Positions 10,549 to 21,002 of a stretch of DNA of 64,000 nucleotides are shown here, piece by piece (within the stretch, counting starts at the first letter, position 1; every line of letters starts with the position of its first letter). The notes beneath the pieces are model-generated. The model was given only the letters and a program-made list of their open reading frames with translations. It made no database searches and was not told the DNA's origin. The DNA comes from Candidatus Multivoradales bacterium (lineage in GTDB: Bacteria; Acidobacteriota; Thermoanaerobaculia; Multivoradales; J023), in assembly GCA_965248925.1 (NCBI GenBank), contig CBDFLE010000006.1, positions 4,672,001 to 4,736,000 of the forward strand, given 5' to 3'. A program made the position numbers and the translations under genes.

Positions 10549-10617
10549 CCGTGCGGCACGGCGATCAAGCACCGTGCGGCACGGCAATCAAGCACCGTGC
10601 GGCACGGCAATCGAGCA
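10549..10617. repeat. Tandem repeat, 3 x 23 bp, each with a 13-bp palindrome
   Basis: CCGTGCGGCACGGCRATCRAGCA at 10549, 10572, 10595; core CCGTGC-G-GCACGG. Confidence 0.95.
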
Positions 10618-10675
10618 TGGCGGCGGGGCTTGCGGCGACCCGCTACCGGTTCCAACCCGAAGATACGGAGATTCC

Positions 10676-11245
10676 ATGGGCACCTACAGCACCAACCAGT
10701 TCAAGAGCGGGCTCAAGGTTATGCTCGATGGCGATCCTTGTTCGATCATCGAGAACGAGTTCGTCAAGCCCGGCAAGGGCCAGGCTTTTGTTCGCACCAA
10801 ATTTCGCAATCTGAAGAATGGCCGGGTGTTGGAGCGGACCTACAAGAACGCCGACTCGATCGAAGCCGCCGATGTGATGGAGACCGACATGCAGTATCTC
10901 TATTCCACCGGCGACACCTGGGTGTTCATGGATCCCAAGTCTTACGAGCAATATGAGGCCAGCGAGAGCGCCATGAGCGAGGCCAGGAATTGGCTCAAGG
11001 AAGAGGATATCTGCGCCGTGACCCTGTGGAACGGGGTGCCGATCTCGGTAACGACGGCGAATTTCGTTAACCTCAAAGTCACCCAGACCGATCCCGGCCT
11101 GAAAGGTGATACCTCCTCGGGCGGCAGCAAGCCCGCGACCTTGGAGACCGGCGCCACGATCCGGGTGCCTTTGTTCATCTCCGAGGGCGAGGTGCTCAGA
11201 GTCGACACCCGCAGCGGCGAGTATGTCTCGCGGGCCAAGAGCTGA
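10676..11245 (+). CDS. efp: Elongation factor P
   Basis: [10 protein letters not shown] loop, [22 protein letters not shown]; GGAG before ATG 10676. Confidence 0.97.
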   Translation: MGTYSTNQFKSGLKVMLDGDPCSIIENEFVKPGKGQAFVRTKFRNLKNGRVLERTYKNADSIEAADVMETDMQYLYSTGDTWVFMDPKSYEQYEASESAMSEARNWLKEEDICAVTLWNGVPISVTTANFVNLKVTQTDPGLKGDTSSGGSKPATLETGATIRVPLFISEGEVLRVDTRSGEYVSRAKS

Positions 11246-12212
11246 TCGCCAGCTCTCCTGGCGGCCGGCGGCGAGCTTTGACGCCTTGCGTCGCCGGGCT
11301 GCTTTGCTGGCCCGGATTCGCGCCTTCTTCGCCGCTCGCGGCGTGCTCGAGGTCGAAACCCCACAGCTCGCCGCCTGCCCAGTTCCCGATCGCTACCAAC
11401 AAAGCCTGAGCTGTTCGGTAGAGGCACCCGGCGCCCCGCCGCGGATGTACTTGCAGACCTCCCCCGAGTACGCCATGAAGCGGCTGTTGGCCGCTGGCAG
11501 CGGGCCGATCTACCAGCTCGCCAAAGCCTTTCGTGATGGCGAGGCCGGGCGCTTGCACAATCCGGAATTCACCCTGCTCGAGTGGTACCGGCTGGGCTTC
11601 GACCATCATGCGCTGATGGACGAGGTTGGCGAGTTGCTGAGCGAAGTTCTAGGCTGTGACCCCGCCGAGAAACTGAGCTACGCCGCCGCCTGTGAACGTT
11701 GGCTGGAGGTCGATCCGCACCGTGTTGGCGCGGCAGAGTTGGCTCGTCTGGCCGCTGCCCGTGGCTGGGTCGTCGTCGGACTCGAGGATGCTGATAGGGA
11801 CACCTGGCTCGATCTGCTGATCACCCGCTACGTGGAACCCGAACTCGGCCGTGGCCAGCCGACTCTGCTCTACGACTACCCGGCCTCCCAAGCCGCTCTG
11901 GCTCGCATTCGCCCTGGCGCCCCGCCGCTGGCCAGTCGTTTCGAGGTCTATCTAGAAGGGGTCGAGCTGGCCAACGGTTTTCATGAGCTGGCCGACGCCG
12001 CGGAACAGCGCCAGCGTTTCGAGCTTGAACTTGAGCGTCGGCGCCAGCTCGGCTTGCCCGAAGTGCCGCTCGACGAGCGTTTTCTGGCCGCTCTCGAAGC
12101 TGGCTTGCCTGATTGTGCGGGTGTCGCTCTCGGCATCGATCGCTTGGCCATGCTCGACGCCGGTGCCAGCCACTTGGGAGAGGTGATGGCGCTGCCGGTG
12201 GATCGGGCTTGA
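11223..12212 (+). CDS. epmA: EF-P lysine aminoacylase (GenX/PoxA)
   Basis: [47 protein letters not shown]; no anticodon-binding domain; start approximate. Confidence 0.94.
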   Translation: MSRGPRADRQLSWRPAASFDALRRRAALLARIRAFFAARGVLEVETPQLAACPVPDRYQQSLSCSVEAPGAPPRMYLQTSPEYAMKRLLAAGSGPIYQLAKAFRDGEAGRLHNPEFTLLEWYRLGFDHHALMDEVGELLSEVLGCDPAEKLSYAAACERWLEVDPHRVGAAELARLAAARGWVVVGLEDADRDTWLDLLITRYVEPELGRGQPTLLYDYPASQAALARIRPGAPPLASRFEVYLEGVELANGFHELADAAEQRQRFELELERRRQLGLPEVPLDERFLAALEAGLPDCAGVALGIDRLAMLDAGASHLGEVMALPVDRA

Positions 12213-12269
12213 GAGCACTGCACCTCAGCCTTCTAGCCGCTCGCCGCCAACTGCTAGACTGCCGGGAAG

Positions 12270-12731
12270 ATGAAGCACTCGGCCGTATTCCGCCATCGCG
12301 ACCAGTTGCCGCTCGACAATCTTGTTGACCTGCTGAGTACATTCTTCGGTGCGCTTGACGACCCCGGCATGGTTGCTGTTTACCTCTTTGGCAGCCGGGT
12401 GTCGGGCAACCTGCATCGCGATAGCGATGTCGACTTGGCGGTGCTGCTCGATCGCCGCCTGTATCCGGATGAGCGCCATCGATTCGAGGCTAGATTGGGC
12501 TGGATAGCTCAGTTGGAGCCAAGTGTCGGGGGTGCTGGGCTCGATCTGGTCGTGCTCAATGACCTACCGCCACTATTTGCTCGACGAATTGTCTGGGAGG
12601 GGCGCGAAGTCTTTTGTAGTCATCGCCAGCAGGCCCGTGCCTTCGTTCGCGACGTGCAGCTTCGAGCGGCCGACCTGGCGCCTTGGCTTGAGCGAATGCG
12701 CAGGCTCAAGCTACAGGCGCTGGCACGGTGA
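12270..12731 (+). CDS. mntA: Minimal nucleotidyltransferase antitoxin (type VII, MntA)
   Basis: YLFGS-x10-DVD motif and DLVVLN; start uncertain. Confidence 0.85.
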   Translation: MKHSAVFRHRDQLPLDNLVDLLSTFFGALDDPGMVAVYLFGSRVSGNLHRDSDVDLAVLLDRRLYPDERHRFEARLGWIAQLEPSVGGAGLDLVVLNDLPPLFARRIVWEGREVFCSHRQQARAFVRDVQLRAADLAPWLERMRRLKLQALAR

Positions 12732-13141
12732 CCTACCTTGTCGAGCGGCTGGCGGAGCTGCGTACTCATCTAGATCATCTGCGAGAGCTGCGGCCGAAAG
12801 TAACCTCACCAGCCGTGCTGCGGCGGGATCTCTCGCTGCACAACGACGTGCTGTTCTCCTTGCTAACGGTTTGCCAGCTGGTGATCGACATGGCCGGCGA
12901 GCTGTGCTCTCGGCGTGGCTTGCGCTTTGAGGACTACACTGAATCTGTCCGACAGCTGGCGGCCTACGCGGAGTTCGATGACCAAGTGCTCGCCGAACTC
13001 GAGCGGTTGCCCGGTTTCCGCAACGTGTTGATCCACGAGTACGTCGCTCTCGATTTCGAGCGGGTGATCGAGGCTCTTGACCGACTGCAGCCGGTCGAAG
13101 AGTTTTTGCAAGTGGTGCGTCAGTTCGAGAGCCGCGACTGA
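12728..13141 (+). CDS. hepT: HEPN/DUF86 RNase toxin (HepT)
   Basis: GFRNVLIHEY (Rx4HxY); GTGA overlap with mntA. Confidence 0.88.
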   Translation: MTYLVERLAELRTHLDHLRELRPKVTSPAVLRRDLSLHNDVLFSLLTVCQLVIDMAGELCSRRGLRFEDYTESVRQLAAYAEFDDQVLAELERLPGFRNVLIHEYVALDFERVIEALDRLQPVEEFLQVVRQFESRD

Positions 13142-13162
13142 GATTCGCAGGGCGGCGGCGAA

Positions 13163-14686
13163 CTAGGTGGCGGAGGTCGGCCGAGGCAAGTCGAGCGACC
13201 GCGGCAGGCCCCAGCCGGCTTTGTAGCCGAACAGCTCACGTGCCGGGGTCGAGCCGCATTTGCCGTCGAGAATCTCCAGATGGTCGAGGGTTAGCAAGCC
13301 AGGGTGCTCGACACCGCAGGCGCGTGAGAGTCGTAGGAGTTCCTTGCGCAAGCTCATCAGGTAGTTGGCCAAGCGGGCGGCTTTGGAGGTCGGGTCGAGG
13401 CCGTGGGCGAGCCATTTGCCCTGGGTGGCGACCCCGGTGGGGCAGTGACCCGTGTGGCAGCGTTGGGCTTGGATGCAGCCGATCGCCAGCATCGCTTCGC
13501 GACCCACGGCAATGGCGTCGCAGCCCAAGGCGAAAGCCAAGACCGCGTTCTCGGGCAAGCCCAGCTTGCCGGAGCCGATGAACAACACCCGGTCGCAGAG
13601 ACCCGTTTCGGCAAAGATGCGGTAGACCCGGCTGAAACCGGTCTTGAAGGGCAGCGCGACGTGGTCTGAGAAGACCAGCGGCGCCGCGCCGGTGCCCCCC
13701 TCGCCGCCATCGACGGCGATGTAGTCAGGTCCCTGCCGCCGGGCTTCCATCCGTTCAGCAAGGGTGGTCCAGAAACTCAGCTGGCCGACCGCGGACTTGA
13801 TGCCCACTGGCAGTCCGCTGGCCGCGGCCAGCAGCTCGACGAAGTCGATCAAGCCATCTACATCAGAAAAAGCATGATGGAAGGCCGGGCTGATGCAGTC
13901 GCGACCGCGCTCGATACCGCGGATGGCGGCAATCTCGGCGGTGATTTTGGCGGCCGGCAAAACCCCTCCCAAGCCGGGTTTGGCGCCTTGGCTGAGCTTG
14001 ACCTCGATCGCCCGTACCGGGTTGGCCTCGACGGTGGATAGAAAACGCTCCATCGAGAAGCCGCCGCCCCGCGCTCGGGCACCGAAGTAGCCAGTGCCGA
14101 GCTGCCAAATCAACTCGCCACCGTGGCGATGGTGAGGGGCGATGCCGCCTTCGCCGGTGTTCTGCAAGCAGCCGGCGAGCTGGCAGCCCCGATTGATTGC
14201 TTCGACCGCTGGCGCCGACAGCGAACCGAAACTCATCGCCGAAGTGTTGATCACTGAAGCCAGACGGAAAGCGCCGCGCCGGTCGCGGGCTTCGCCGAGG
14301 ATCTTGGCGCTTGAGATGCTGTAGTCGGGGTCGTGGTCCGCATCGCCGGGATGGCGATCGGGCAGCGGAAAGGCGCTGTGCTGGATGATCAGATAGCCGG
14401 GGGTTTTCTCGATCTGATTGTCGGTGCCGAAGCCGAAGTAGCTGTTCTGCTGTTTTGCCGAGGCATAGATCCAGCGCCGTTGATCGCGGCTGAAGGGCCG
14501 TTCTTCATCGTTGTCGGTGACGATGTACTGGCGCAGTTCGGGACCGATGCGTTCCAGCAGATAGCGTAGATGACCGATCAGCGGGAAGTTGCGCAGGATG
14601 GCGTGCTGGGTCTGCAGCAGATCCCAGATGGCCAGCAGGATCAGTAAGGCGGCGAGCAGCGCCGCCGCGATCAACAAATAGCTCAT
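13163..14686 (-). CDS. FMN-binding glutamate synthase family protein
   Basis: SAMSFGSLS, NTGEGG, EVKLSQGAKPGLGG, DGGEGGTGAAP, CIQAQRCHTGHCPTGV; N-terminal TM helix. Confidence 0.92.
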   Translation of the reverse strand: MSYLLIAAALLAALLILLAIWDLLQTQHAILRNFPLIGHLRYLLERIGPELRQYIVTDNDEERPFSRDQRRWIYASAKQQNSYFGFGTDNQIEKTPGYLIIQHSAFPLPDRHPGDADHDPDYSISSAKILGEARDRRGAFRLASVINTSAMSFGSLSAPAVEAINRGCQLAGCLQNTGEGGIAPHHRHGGELIWQLGTGYFGARARGGGFSMERFLSTVEANPVRAIEVKLSQGAKPGLGGVLPAAKITAEIAAIRGIERGRDCISPAFHHAFSDVDGLIDFVELLAAASGLPVGIKSAVGQLSFWTTLAERMEARRQGPDYIAVDGGEGGTGAAPLVFSDHVALPFKTGFSRVYRIFAETGLCDRVLFIGSGKLGLPENAVLAFALGCDAIAVGREAMLAIGCIQAQRCHTGHCPTGVATQGKWLAHGLDPTSKAARLANYLMSLRKELLRLSRACGVEHPGLLTLDHLEILDGKCGSTPARELFGYKAGWGLPRSLDLPRPTSAT

Positions 14687-14785
14687 GCCGCGGACTCTAA
14701 CTCAAGCCGTCGGCAATTTCACAAACGTCTGAAAACAGGCGCCTTGCTCTTCGTCCCTAGCTGTCAAAGAGATGACGGAGCAAGG

Positions 14786-16450
14786 TCAGCTGGAGTTCGC
14801 CGGCAACAGCAGCGAGCAGCCAGTCATCTCCTTCGGCTGCTCCAGCCCCATCAGCTCGAGCAGGGTCGGTGCGATGTCGGCCAGTTTGCCGCCTTCGCGC
14901 AGCCGGCGGCCGCGCCAACGTTCGCCGACCAGGTGTAGCGGCACGTCGAAGGTGGTGTGAGAGGTGTGAGGGCAGCGGTTCGTGGGATCCCAGGTCTGCT
15001 CGGCATTGCCGTGGTCGGCGGTGACGATCAGGGCGCCACCCAACTCGAGCACCCGGTCGATGATGGCGCCGACACAGGTGTCGACCACCTCCACCGCCTC
15101 GACCACCGCTCGGTGGACACCAGTGTGGCCCACCATGTCGGGATTGGCGAAATTGACCACCATCAGCGCTTCGCGATCTTCGGCGGCGAGGCGCTGGAGC
15201 ACCGCGTCGCAGACCGCGTGCGCGGCCATCTCCGGCTTTTGGTCGTAAGTCGAGATCCCTTGCGGGCTCGGCCGCAGCTCGCGACGCTCGCCAGGGAAGG
15301 GCGACTCGCGGTAGTCGTTGAAAAAGAAGGTCACATGGGGGAACTTCTCGGTTTCGGCGCAACGCAGCTGGCTGAGGCCGGCGTCGCTGACCGCCTGGCC
15401 CAGGATTCGCGGCATTCTCTCCGGTCGCTCAAAAATCACCCCACTCACCGGCAGCCCTTGCTGGTAGTCGGTCATGGTGGTGAAGCAGAGGTCCTCAAGC
15501 CGTCGACCACGCTCGAAACCGCCCCCTTGGACCGCTTCCCAGGCGTCGTCGTCGAGCACGAAGGCTTTGCTGATCTGCCGCGGTCGATCACCGCGGAAAT
15601 TCCAGAAGATCACCGCGTCGCCAGCTTCAATCGCCGGCAGCGGCTGACCATCTGGGCCGAGAATCCGGGTCGGAGTGATGAACTCATCGCCGCTGCTGTT
15701 GGGCTCGCTGGGGCTGTCGTAGTAGTGTTGCACAGCTTGACTGGCGCTGGTCGCGACCGCCAGATCGAGTCGCGCGTCGGTCTGCGGATCTCGCGTCGCT
15801 CGGCCGGTCAGCGCGGCCCAGGCCCGTGCCACCCGACCCCAGCGATGATCGCGGTCCATGGCCCAATAGCGTCCGCTGACGCTGGCGATGCTTCCCACCG
15901 CAGCGGCGGCCAGCTCGGCTTCGGTGCGTTCGATGAAACCTCGGCCTAGAGCCGGGCCAGTGTCGCGACCGTCGGTGAAAGCGTGCAACAGCAGGCGCTC
16001 GGCCGGCAGCTTGCGGGCGGCGGCCAAGCGAACAATGGCAAAGAGATGTTCGAGATCGCTGTGTACCTGGCCATCGCTGAGCAGGCCTAACAAATGCACC
16101 CGACCGCCGCTGCGCTCGGCATGCTCGAAGGCGGCAATCAGCCGCGGATTGGTCGTCAGGGAGCCTTCGCGCAGCGCCCGATTGATTCGCATTAGCTGCT
16201 GATCGACCACCCGGCCGGCACCGATATTTTGATGACCGACCTCCGAGTTGCCCATCGTGCCGGGGGGCAGGCCGACATTCTCTCCCGAGGTGTGAATCAG
16301 CGTACTCGGCCAATGGCTGGCCAAGCGGTCGGCGACCGGCGTACGGGCTTCTCTGATCGCGTTCCAGCTGCGGCGTTCGGCAAATGGGCTGTGCCCCCAG
16401 CCGTCACGGACGATTAGCACTACGGGTGGGCGATGGGTTGTCTCAGCCAT
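14786..16450 (-). CDS. gpmI: 2,3-bisphosphoglycerate-independent phosphoglycerate mutase
   Basis: DGWG, MGNSEVGH, FTDGRDT, GRYWAMDRD, AETEKFPHVTFF, NPDMVGHTG, TADHGNAE. Confidence 0.96.
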   Translation of the reverse strand: MAETTHRPPVVLIVRDGWGHSPFAERRSWNAIREARTPVADRLASHWPSTLIHTSGENVGLPPGTMGNSEVGHQNIGAGRVVDQQLMRINRALREGSLTTNPRLIAAFEHAERSGGRVHLLGLLSDGQVHSDLEHLFAIVRLAAARKLPAERLLLHAFTDGRDTGPALGRGFIERTEAELAAAAVGSIASVSGRYWAMDRDHRWGRVARAWAALTGRATRDPQTDARLDLAVATSASQAVQHYYDSPSEPNSSGDEFITPTRILGPDGQPLPAIEAGDAVIFWNFRGDRPRQISKAFVLDDDAWEAVQGGGFERGRRLEDLCFTTMTDYQQGLPVSGVIFERPERMPRILGQAVSDAGLSQLRCAETEKFPHVTFFFNDYRESPFPGERRELRPSPQGISTYDQKPEMAAHAVCDAVLQRLAAEDREALMVVNFANPDMVGHTGVHRAVVEAVEVVDTCVGAIIDRVLELGGALIVTADHGNAEQTWDPTNRCPHTSHTTFDVPLHLVGERWRGRRLREGGKLADIAPTLLELMGLEQPKEMTGCSLLLPANSS

Positions 16451-16596
16451 AATTTCTCTCGAGTTCTGCGGGCCGAAAGCGGAGATTTGGTAGATGCGGA
16501 ACTCAAGGCGGCACAGGGCATTGAGTCTCCTGCTGCGAGATTTTGGCAAACACCGCGAGCGAGCCGGTTGCGCTCGCGGTGTTCCTGGACCGATTC

Positions 16597-17307
16597 TCAG
16601 TCGCGGGACATGAAGATTCGCAACACGTACCACAGCATCAACGCCACTGAGGCGAACAACTGCAAGGCGGCACCCACGTAGCGATCTTGCGGATAGCGAC
16701 GCAGGATGTTCGAGGTATCGCTGAGGATTGCGCCGCCCGCCAAGGCGACCATCCCGACAGAGAACCAAGTGCCGAGTTGGAAGCCAAACAGAACTCCCGC
16801 GACGATCGCCACTAGAGCCATCACGAAACCCCAGCGCAGCAAGCCGCTGAGGAACGAGAAGTCTTTACCAGAATAGAAGGCGATCGCCGACAGGCCGGTA
16901 AAGCCGAGCAAAGTGACCACCGCGGCACTCTTGATCACGCCACCCCCAGAATAGTGCTGGGCGATGTAGAGCAGGGGCACGAAAATAATCGCTTCGGCCA
17001 GCACGAAGCCGGCGAGTGCCAGATATTGCGCCGCGAGCGAGCGTGAGCGGAAGGCCACGCGGCTGGCCAACCAACTCACAACCATGAAGCCGCCAAGTAT
17101 GAATAGCCAATTGGTGCCGAGCATCTTCTCGGCCAAGGTGGCCGCCATGCCGCTCTGGAAGAGGGCGAACTCGACCAAGGTGAATGCCACCATGGCGCCA
17201 AAAAGGTGGCTGTAGGTGCGGCGGATGAAGGTTGCGCGCTGTTCCTCTACTAGAGTGGCTACGGGCGCCGAGTACCGGGTTTCGCTGCTGTAGGTCGTCT
17301 CAGACAT
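16597..17307 (-). CDS. Bax inhibitor-1/YccA family membrane protein
   Basis: About seven hydrophobic helices; RATFIRRTYSHL, KDFSFL, DTSNI, AALQLFASV. Confidence 0.88.
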   Translation of the reverse strand: MSETTYSSETRYSAPVATLVEEQRATFIRRTYSHLFGAMVAFTLVEFALFQSGMAATLAEKMLGTNWLFILGGFMVVSWLASRVAFRSRSLAAQYLALAGFVLAEAIIFVPLLYIAQHYSGGGVIKSAAVVTLLGFTGLSAIAFYSGKDFSFLSGLLRWGFVMALVAIVAGVLFGFQLGTWFSVGMVALAGGAILSDTSNILRRYPQDRYVGAALQLFASVALMLWYVLRIFMSRD

Positions 17308-17393
17308 CTATTTCTCCTGGTGTCAATGCATCTCCCTATGCAGATTGTACAGCAGGTACCCGGGCTCGGTCGGCAGCCGGCTTCTCGAACCGC

Positions 17394-17888
17394 TCAGAAT
17401 TGGCCCGCCGGCGCCGCCGATTGGGCGTGAGTGCTACGGCTACCGCGCTTCGCTGACGTGATGTTTGCCGCTCCCGGACCAGAGCAGAAGAGGACAAACT
17501 CGACCACCACGTCATCGCAGAGATCGCAGCAATCGTCGCAGCCCTCGTTGCCATCGACGCCGACCCCCCAAAACAGATCGCTCGCCGGATCGGTACCGGC
17601 GCCGTAGCAGATCTGGGCGCGGCGTTCACAAGTGATGTCAGCGCGAATCTCACCGCCGGGTTGAGAGACGTAGACCCGGCTGGTCGAGGGGAACACAATG
17701 CCGTTGTCGGTATCGAACAACGCTGCTTCCAGTCCGCGGCCGTCGTCACAGTCGTCCACTAGGATCCAGCTCATATTGGCAGCGTCGCGGGGCACGAAGA
17801 GATCGGAATCGCTGTCACAGCCGGTCATAGCGAGGGCGGCTAGGGCCAGCACAGCGCAGGTGGTCTTGCTTTTGATCTGAAAGAACAT
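17394..17888 (-). CDS. Hypothetical Cys/Asp-rich lipoprotein
   Basis: AGGAGG RBS; signal with lipobox-like AMTG-C; ICYGA...WGVG...GCDDCCDLC. Confidence 0.7.
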   Translation of the reverse strand: MFFQIKSKTTCAVLALAALAMTGCDSDSDLFVPRDAANMSWILVDDCDDGRGLEAALFDTDNGIVFPSTSRVYVSQPGGEIRADITCERRAQICYGAGTDPASDLFWGVGVDGNEGCDDCCDLCDDVVVEFVLFCSGPGAANITSAKRGSRSTHAQSAAPAGQF

Positions 17889-18159
17889 CAGTCCTCCTTG
17901 TTTTATCCTGCCGAGGTTGCTGCACTTGTCATCGATCGATGACGCCGCTGTCCGTGCGGGGTGGCTACCGGCTTCGATTCCGGCGACGATGGCAGGCCAA
18001 GTGGGCTTGCTGCGGCGATGTGCTGAGCTAGGACTCACTTGTGCTTCTCGGCTCGAGGGCCTTGACGGGCTGGGCTGGAGTCGAGCCTGACCGGAGGTTT
18101 CGCGGAGGCCTCTGACGTTGGCCACAGCCTGAGATGGCCGGGTGTTCAAGAGAGAGTTC

Positions 18160-18175
18160 TGCAGGAAACGTTCCA
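18160..18175 (-). promoter_or_regulatory. Possible sigma54 promoter for the lipoprotein gene
   Basis: TGGAAC-GTTTC-CTGCA, GG-N10-GC spacing, two mismatches to consensus. Confidence 0.3.
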
Positions 18176-18283
18176 GCAGGCCGCGAGGCGGTCGGCGATG
18201 TTCGATATGCTGTGCTCTAGATCGCCTGCAGGGGCCTAAGACTGATCACCTGGAATCCATTTCCTCAAACTAAACGCTAAGCC

Positions 18284-18916
18284 GTGAAGAAGCCTGACCC
18301 GCTCCGCCGACCCGTGGTCGCCAAATCGGATGCTGAAGTCGAGTGTTCCGAAGGTGAGTTGTTCCTTTCGGCGATGCGCGAGTTCGGAGCTACTAGGGTG
18401 CCAGAGCGCCGCGGATCTACTGCTGGCGAGGGAGCGACAAGGGCGGCACGGAAGCCGCCGCGGTCGCCGCCGGCTAAGCAGCAGTCTTCCCCAGCGCAGT
18501 TGGCGGCTGGGGAAGCTGAAGATCAGCAGTTCCTGGCCGCCATGCGGCAGCTCGGTGCGATGCCAGATAAGGATAGCCCTACGGCCCGCTCGGCGTCCGC
18601 TGCTCCGCGCCGTCTCCGCGCTGCCAAGCTGCGCCGGCTAACCCTCGACGACAGCCTGGACTTGCACGGCCGCCGGGTCGAAGAAGCCTTGTTGATAGTC
18701 GAGACTTTCGTCGCCGCGGCGGCCCGCCAGGGTTTGCGAACCGTGCTAGTGATCACCGGCAAGGGACTCCATTCGCCGACCGGTGCCGGGGTGTTGCGGC
18801 GGGCGGTCGAGCAGTGGATCGAGCGGCGCGGCAAGCCCAATGTAGTTGCTTGGGCCGAGGCGCCCCGCGAGTTGGGTGGGCGCGGGGCTTTTGTCCTGCA
18901 CCTGCGTCGCGCTTGA
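18284..18916 (+). CDS. Smr/MutS2 domain protein
   Basis: LDLHG, VLVITGKGLHS, GGRGAFVL. Confidence 0.88.
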   Translation: MKKPDPLRRPVVAKSDAEVECSEGELFLSAMREFGATRVPERRGSTAGEGATRAARKPPRSPPAKQQSSPAQLAAGEAEDQQFLAAMRQLGAMPDKDSPTARSASAAPRRLRAAKLRRLTLDDSLDLHGRRVEEALLIVETFVAAAARQGLRTVLVITGKGLHSPTGAGVLRRAVEQWIERRGKPNVVAWAEAPRELGGRGAFVLHLRRA

Positions 18917-19013
18917 TGGTTGCTCTAAAAGACTAGCCGCGGCGTGCCTTGTCGGGCGGGCGTTGGCGGGGTACTTTCTCGGCCATGGATTTTCCAAGCG
19001 AGGATTTGAAGCG

Positions 19014-20885
19014 ATGAGCGTCCCTACTGCCGACGAGAGCACGCAAGAGAAGCAGGTTGCTGAGATGTCGCCGAGTCGTTATGTCGAGAAAGTGAGCTTG
19101 CTCACCGGCGAAGTGCTCGACGATCCGATCGAGCCCAAGCAGTTGCTGATCAGCCATCACCGGGACTATCACTTCGCCGACGTCCAGGCGCGGCGGGTCA
19201 TGGCTCGTCTGGTTGAGACCACCGGCGACGAAGACTTGGTGCGGCGGAAGATGAAAGAAGTGCGGCAGCTGGGCCACAAGGCAGCCGGGGTGTTGGCCAA
19301 GGCACTGCGGCAGAAGGATGTCAGCAGGGTCTCGAAGGCTCTCTTCGGGCTCAAAGATCGCGAGTACTACTTCCGCTACAAGCGCCACCCTTTGCCAAAG
19401 CAAGAGATCGACATTCTGCTCGAGCACCTCAAGCAAGAGGCGGCGGAGAAGCTCGAAGCCACCCGGGGTGCGGATGGCAAGTTGCGGCTGCGGGTGCTGC
19501 TCACCGGCGGTACCGGTTTCGTCGGTAAAGAGGTCATGTGGCAGGCGGCCCAGGACGACGAGATCGTCGAAATGGTGGTGCTGATCCGGCCCAAGGAAAT
19601 CCGCGACCGTAAGACCAAAGAGCTGTTAGAGGTCCTCTCGCCAGCCCAGCGGGGCGCCAAAGTGCTCACCCAGCTGCAGCTCGACGCCGAGCAAGGGGCC
19701 AAGTTCCGCTTCATCGGCGGCGATGTCGAACAACCGCACCTCGGGGTGTCGGCAGAAGATCGGGCCGAGTTGAGCACCACCCTGACCCACATGGTCCACA
19801 GCGCCGCCAGCGTCTCGTTCGACGATCCCTATGAGAAGTCCTTCAGCGCCAACGTCTTGGGCACCCTCAATGCGCTGCGCTTCTCACGCCGCCTGCAGTC
19901 CGCCGAGGGCAGTCCCTTCGTCGCCCACATTGGCATTGAGACCTCCTATATTCACGGCCGGCAGATCCGTGATGTAGCACGGGAAGACGAGATGGTCTTC
20001 CCGCGCAACTTCTACAACAACTTCTACGAGCTGACCAAGGCGATGGGGTCGATCGAGACCGAGCGCTTCATGCTGGAAGAGGATTTGCGGGTCATACAGC
20101 TCAATCCGGCGATCGTCATCGGCGAATCGCGGGCCGGCAACAACCGAGGCGACACCAAGGTGCTCAATGCTCCGGTCAATGTGTTCGGCCGCGCCCACCA
20201 GGCGCTCAGCGAGCCCAAAGGCAAGTTGATCGAGCGTTCCACCGGCGCCATTCTGGCGCGCATGGCCTGCATCTTCCCAGGCGACCCATCGGCGCAGATC
20301 AATCTGATTCCGGTGGATTGGGTCGTGCGTGGCATCTTGGCGGCGCTGCGCAAGCCTAGTGCGGTGGGCGAGCGGGTTCATTTGGCGACCGACAACCGCT
20401 TGACCTCCGAGCAGATCCGCAGCACGGTGCATGACGAACTCGGCGTCAAGGTCAGACTGGCCGAGCCCACCATGCACCGCAATGTCACTCTGCCGGTGCT
20501 ATCCAAGCTACTCACCGGCTTCCGCCAGCCCAAGTTGGCCAATGCGCTGGAGAAGCTCGGCACCATCTTCGGTGGCTACAGCGAGTGGGGTCAGCCGGTA
20601 CACGAGGTCGGCAACGATGTGCGCATCCTCGGCCTACCGGAGCAGCGGCCCAATACCCAACACGCCTTCCGCATGCTTTGCCGCCACAACCGCTACGTGC
20701 AGAACTTCGGCAAGATCTGGAATCTCGACGAAATCTCGCGCCGCGAAAAAGTATGGTGGGACTTCTGCATGGCCCTCGAACAAGAAGCCGGGAAGCCGGT
20801 CGGCGCGGTGTCGTCAGAAGACTTCACCCGCGCTTTAGAGCGGGATCTCGATTTGGAGACCTTTGAACCCAAGGCGACTGCCTAA
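19014..20885 (+). CDS. Extended SDR (fatty acyl-CoA reductase/male-sterility-like) with N-terminal extension
   Basis: VLLTGGTGFVG, HSAASVSF, NVLGT, YELTK catalytic YxxxK. Confidence 0.8.
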   Translation: MSVPTADESTQEKQVAEMSPSRYVEKVSLLTGEVLDDPIEPKQLLISHHRDYHFADVQARRVMARLVETTGDEDLVRRKMKEVRQLGHKAAGVLAKALRQKDVSRVSKALFGLKDREYYFRYKRHPLPKQEIDILLEHLKQEAAEKLEATRGADGKLRLRVLLTGGTGFVGKEVMWQAAQDDEIVEMVVLIRPKEIRDRKTKELLEVLSPAQRGAKVLTQLQLDAEQGAKFRFIGGDVEQPHLGVSAEDRAELSTTLTHMVHSAASVSFDDPYEKSFSANVLGTLNALRFSRRLQSAEGSPFVAHIGIETSYIHGRQIRDVAREDEMVFPRNFYNNFYELTKAMGSIETERFMLEEDLRVIQLNPAIVIGESRAGNNRGDTKVLNAPVNVFGRAHQALSEPKGKLIERSTGAILARMACIFPGDPSAQINLIPVDWVVRGILAALRKPSAVGERVHLATDNRLTSEQIRSTVHDELGVKVRLAEPTMHRNVTLPVLSKLLTGFRQPKLANALEKLGTIFGGYSEWGQPVHEVGNDVRILGLPEQRPNTQHAFRMLCRHNRYVQNFGKIWNLDEISRREKVWWDFCMALEQEAGKPVGAVSSEDFTRALERDLDLETFEPKATA

Positions 20886-21002
20886 CTGAGGCTCGGCAGT
20901 TTGTTTGCTTGACTCCTTCTTGGCCATGCGGAGGCGAGCGGCGGTAGCGGTCACTCGGGGACCCTCCTGAAGTACGCTCAGACGTACCGCAAGGAGGACA
21001 GC

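Noticed and set aside
10549-10617. Possible mini-CRISPR (palindromic repeats)
   Set aside because: The 10-bp intervening segments are near-identical, so it is a tandem repeat
9445-12212. epmB-efp-epmA cluster as a novel system
   Set aside because: Well-characterised EF-P beta-lysylation pathway in a known arrangement
17890-18150. c-di-GMP-I riboswitch-like fragments in the lipoprotein leader
   Set aside because: Only short scattered resemblances; the GNRA/receptor architecture could not be built by eye
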